Below, piece after piece: positions 62,597-64,000 of a stretch of DNA of 64,000 bases. Source of the DNA: a candidate division WOR-3 bacterium. GTDB lineage: Bacteria > Hydrothermota > Tepidihabitantia > Tepidihabitantales > Tepidihabitantaceae. The number at the start of each line of letters is the position of its first letter. Position 1 is the first letter of the stretch. The notes below the pieces were generated by a model. That model was not told the origin of the DNA, did no database searches, and was given only the letters and a program-made list of their open reading frames with translations. Where the stretch lies: assembly GCA_965649295.1 (NCBI GenBank), contig CBFGKH010000009.1, forward strand, positions 24,025 through 88,024, in the 5' to 3' direction. The position numbers and the translations under genes were made by a program.

Positions 62597-64000
62597 TCAG
62601 GCTATTTGGTAGACGCTGTCGAGAACTGTGCCGTCAATCCATTTCACTACGGCCACAACTTTGTCGGTGAGTTTCGGTCGGCTCGGTTTGCCGCAGATTC
62701 GTTCAACTTCTGCCTTGATGTCTTCGATTGGCCGAATCGGCAGGCCCTTGCCCTTGGTTGATTCGATGAGATCGGGGCGAAGGGGGTTGATGGCAATGCC
62801 TAGTTCAGTGACAACAACGTCAACGAGCTCGCCTGGTGAACACAGGGTTGTGACTTCGTCAACAATGATTGGCATACGGTCGCGCATCGCCGGTACGGAT
62901 AGTATTGTGCAGCGGGCGTTCATGCAGTTTTGCCAGCCGCCAATACCGTGACGCAATCGACCATCAGAGTGCGTTACGACGTTCGCATTGAAGCTGGTAT
63001 CAACCTCGGTAGCGCCGAGAACGGCCACATCAAGTAGGTTGATGTAGTTGCCCTTGGCGTGATAGTTGTAGCTGATGAGTGGTGTCGTTGAGACATGGCC
63101 ACGGTTGACGGCGATCGAGTGAACCGCGTCGAGATCAAAAGCCTGACCGTCAATCAACGCAGAGGTCAGGCCCTGTTCGAGCATCTCAACAAGATAGCGA
63201 GTTGTGCCGCCGTGAATCCAGCTTGCCTTGACGCCGGCATCGCGCATCATTTCAGCGAGGAAGATTGCGAAAGCAAGGGAGACGCCGCCGGCTCCGCCCT
63301 GGAAACTAAATCCGTCACGCATGATTCCGGCATCGCGGATAAACCTTGCTGTTAGCTCGGCAATATAGAGCCGATCCGGGCTGCGAGTGATCTGGGTCGT
63401 GCCGGAAACAATTCTTTTGGGGTCACCGATTGAATCGGTCTGGACAACATAGTCGATGTATGAACCATGGAGTTGTATCGGTATGCAGGGGAAAGGTACA
63501 AGATTGTTGGTGACGATGATACTGCGATCGGCGTACATCGTGTCCGGAACGGCGTAGCCAAGAACGCCACAAGCAGCCTCGCCCTGAATCCCATTTGCGT
63601 TGCCAAAACAGTCGGCTGCCGGCGCCGCAAGCACAGCGATATCGATGTGGACTTCGCCATCCTGAATCGCTTGTGCCCGGCCGCCGTGGGAGCGAAGTAC
63701 ACCAAGGCCGCGCATCCTGCCTTGTGTGCAGTAGTCACCGAGCGGGCCGTTGAGACTGCCTTCAACGTGATGTATGACACCGGAATCAAGGTGTTTCGTG
63801 ATCGGTGCGTGGCACGGGAACGCGGCCGACGGGTACCAGACGAGGTCTCTTAGGCCCATCTCAGCGCAGATGTCGAAAAGCTGCAACGCGAGAGTGTCGC
63901 CGTCTCGAAAGTGATGATGGGTCGAAATGGTCATTCCGTCCCGAATTCCACACTTCTCCAACGCCGTGCGCAGGTCAGGTAGGACTTTGTTGCCGTCTTC
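62597..64000 (-). CDS. citF: citrate lyase alpha subunit (citrate CoA-transferase), 5' end beyond window
   Basis: In-frame extension upstream of first Met up to window edge (…LEKCGIRDGMTISTHHHF matches CitF N-region); full-length similarity pattern to CitF. Confidence 0.75.
   Translation of the reverse strand, partial: EDGNKVLPDLRTALEKCGIRDGMTISTHHHFRDGDTLALQLFDICAEMGLRDLVWYPSAAFPCHAPITKHLDSGVIHHVEGSLNGPLGDYCTQGRMRGLGVLRSHGGRAQAIQDGEVHIDIAVLAAPAADCFGNANGIQGEAACGVLGYAVPDTMYADRSIIVTNNLVPFPCIPIQLHGSYIDYVVQTDSIGDPKRIVSGTTQITRSPDRLYIAELTARFIRDAGIMRDGFSFQGGAGGVSLAFAIFLAEMMRDAGVKASWIHGGTTRYLVEMLEQGLTSALIDGQAFDLDAVHSIAVNRGHVSTTPLISYNYHAKGNYINLLDVAVLGATEVDTSFNANVVTHSDGRLRHGIGGWQNCMNARCTILSVPAMRDRMPIIVDEVTTLCSPGELVDVVVTELGIAINPLRPDLIESTKGKGLPIRPIEDIKAEVERICGKPSRPKLTDKVVAVVKWIDGTVLDSVYQIA

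Noticed and set aside
1-64000. CRISPR arrays, rRNA genes, IS elements or transposases
   Set aside because: No regularly spaced direct repeats, no rRNA-like conserved blocks, and no transposase-like ORFs were seen. The only recombinase is a XerC/D-type chromosomal enzyme.

Overview
High-GC (about 60%) bacterial chromosomal segment with dense, mostly standard-code coding on both strands. Type IX secretion (T9SS) signatures (PorU/PorV homologs, several cargo proteins with C-terminal sorting domains) suggest an FCB-superphylum-like or related uncultivated lineage; this lineage call is inference. Recognisable content: a partial BNR-repeat T9SS cargo, glnA, ptb, ridA, a [NiFe]-hydrogenase maturation protease, a nucleotide-sugar dehydrogenase, the conserved comM(yifB)-yraN-rnhB-rplS-trmD-KH-rpsP cluster, two tandem 2-oxoacid:ferredoxin oxidoreductase alpha/beta pairs, a XerC/D-type recombinase, a DUF72 plus tandem-domain ThyX-like pair, EF-G, a two-subunit cytoplasmic [NiFe] hydrogenase, polysaccharide genes (GT2, polyprenyl-phosphate sugar transferase), agmatinase, lpxB, accA, era, ogt, an MBL-fold hydrolase, myo-inositol-1-phosphate synthase, tmk, an S41 protease, mutM, isoaspartyl peptidase, a large HExxH/PD40/Omp85 fusion protein, a PorU-like C25 peptidase, a PorV-like barrel, purA, hypB, several large secreted or outer-membrane hypotheticals, a second C25 peptidase cargo, a CPBP protease and a 5'-truncated citF. 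No rRNA, tRNA or CRISPR was detected by eye. Main things worth a second look: (1) a T9SS cargo gene split by a single in-frame TGA that is followed 17 nt later by a hairpin with a GGUC loop (SECIS-like), so recoding must be distinguished from a pseudogene; (2) a recurring near-consensus -35/-10 promoter placed 5-10 nt before start codons at six genes, implying leaderless mRNAs; (3) a 640-bp strongly purine-skewed spacer between porU and porV; (4) a 740-bp unexplained non-coding block beside the recombinase; (5) an unannotated 54-aa Cys-rich ORF with a perfect SD; (6) a sigma-54-type promoter upstream of glnA.
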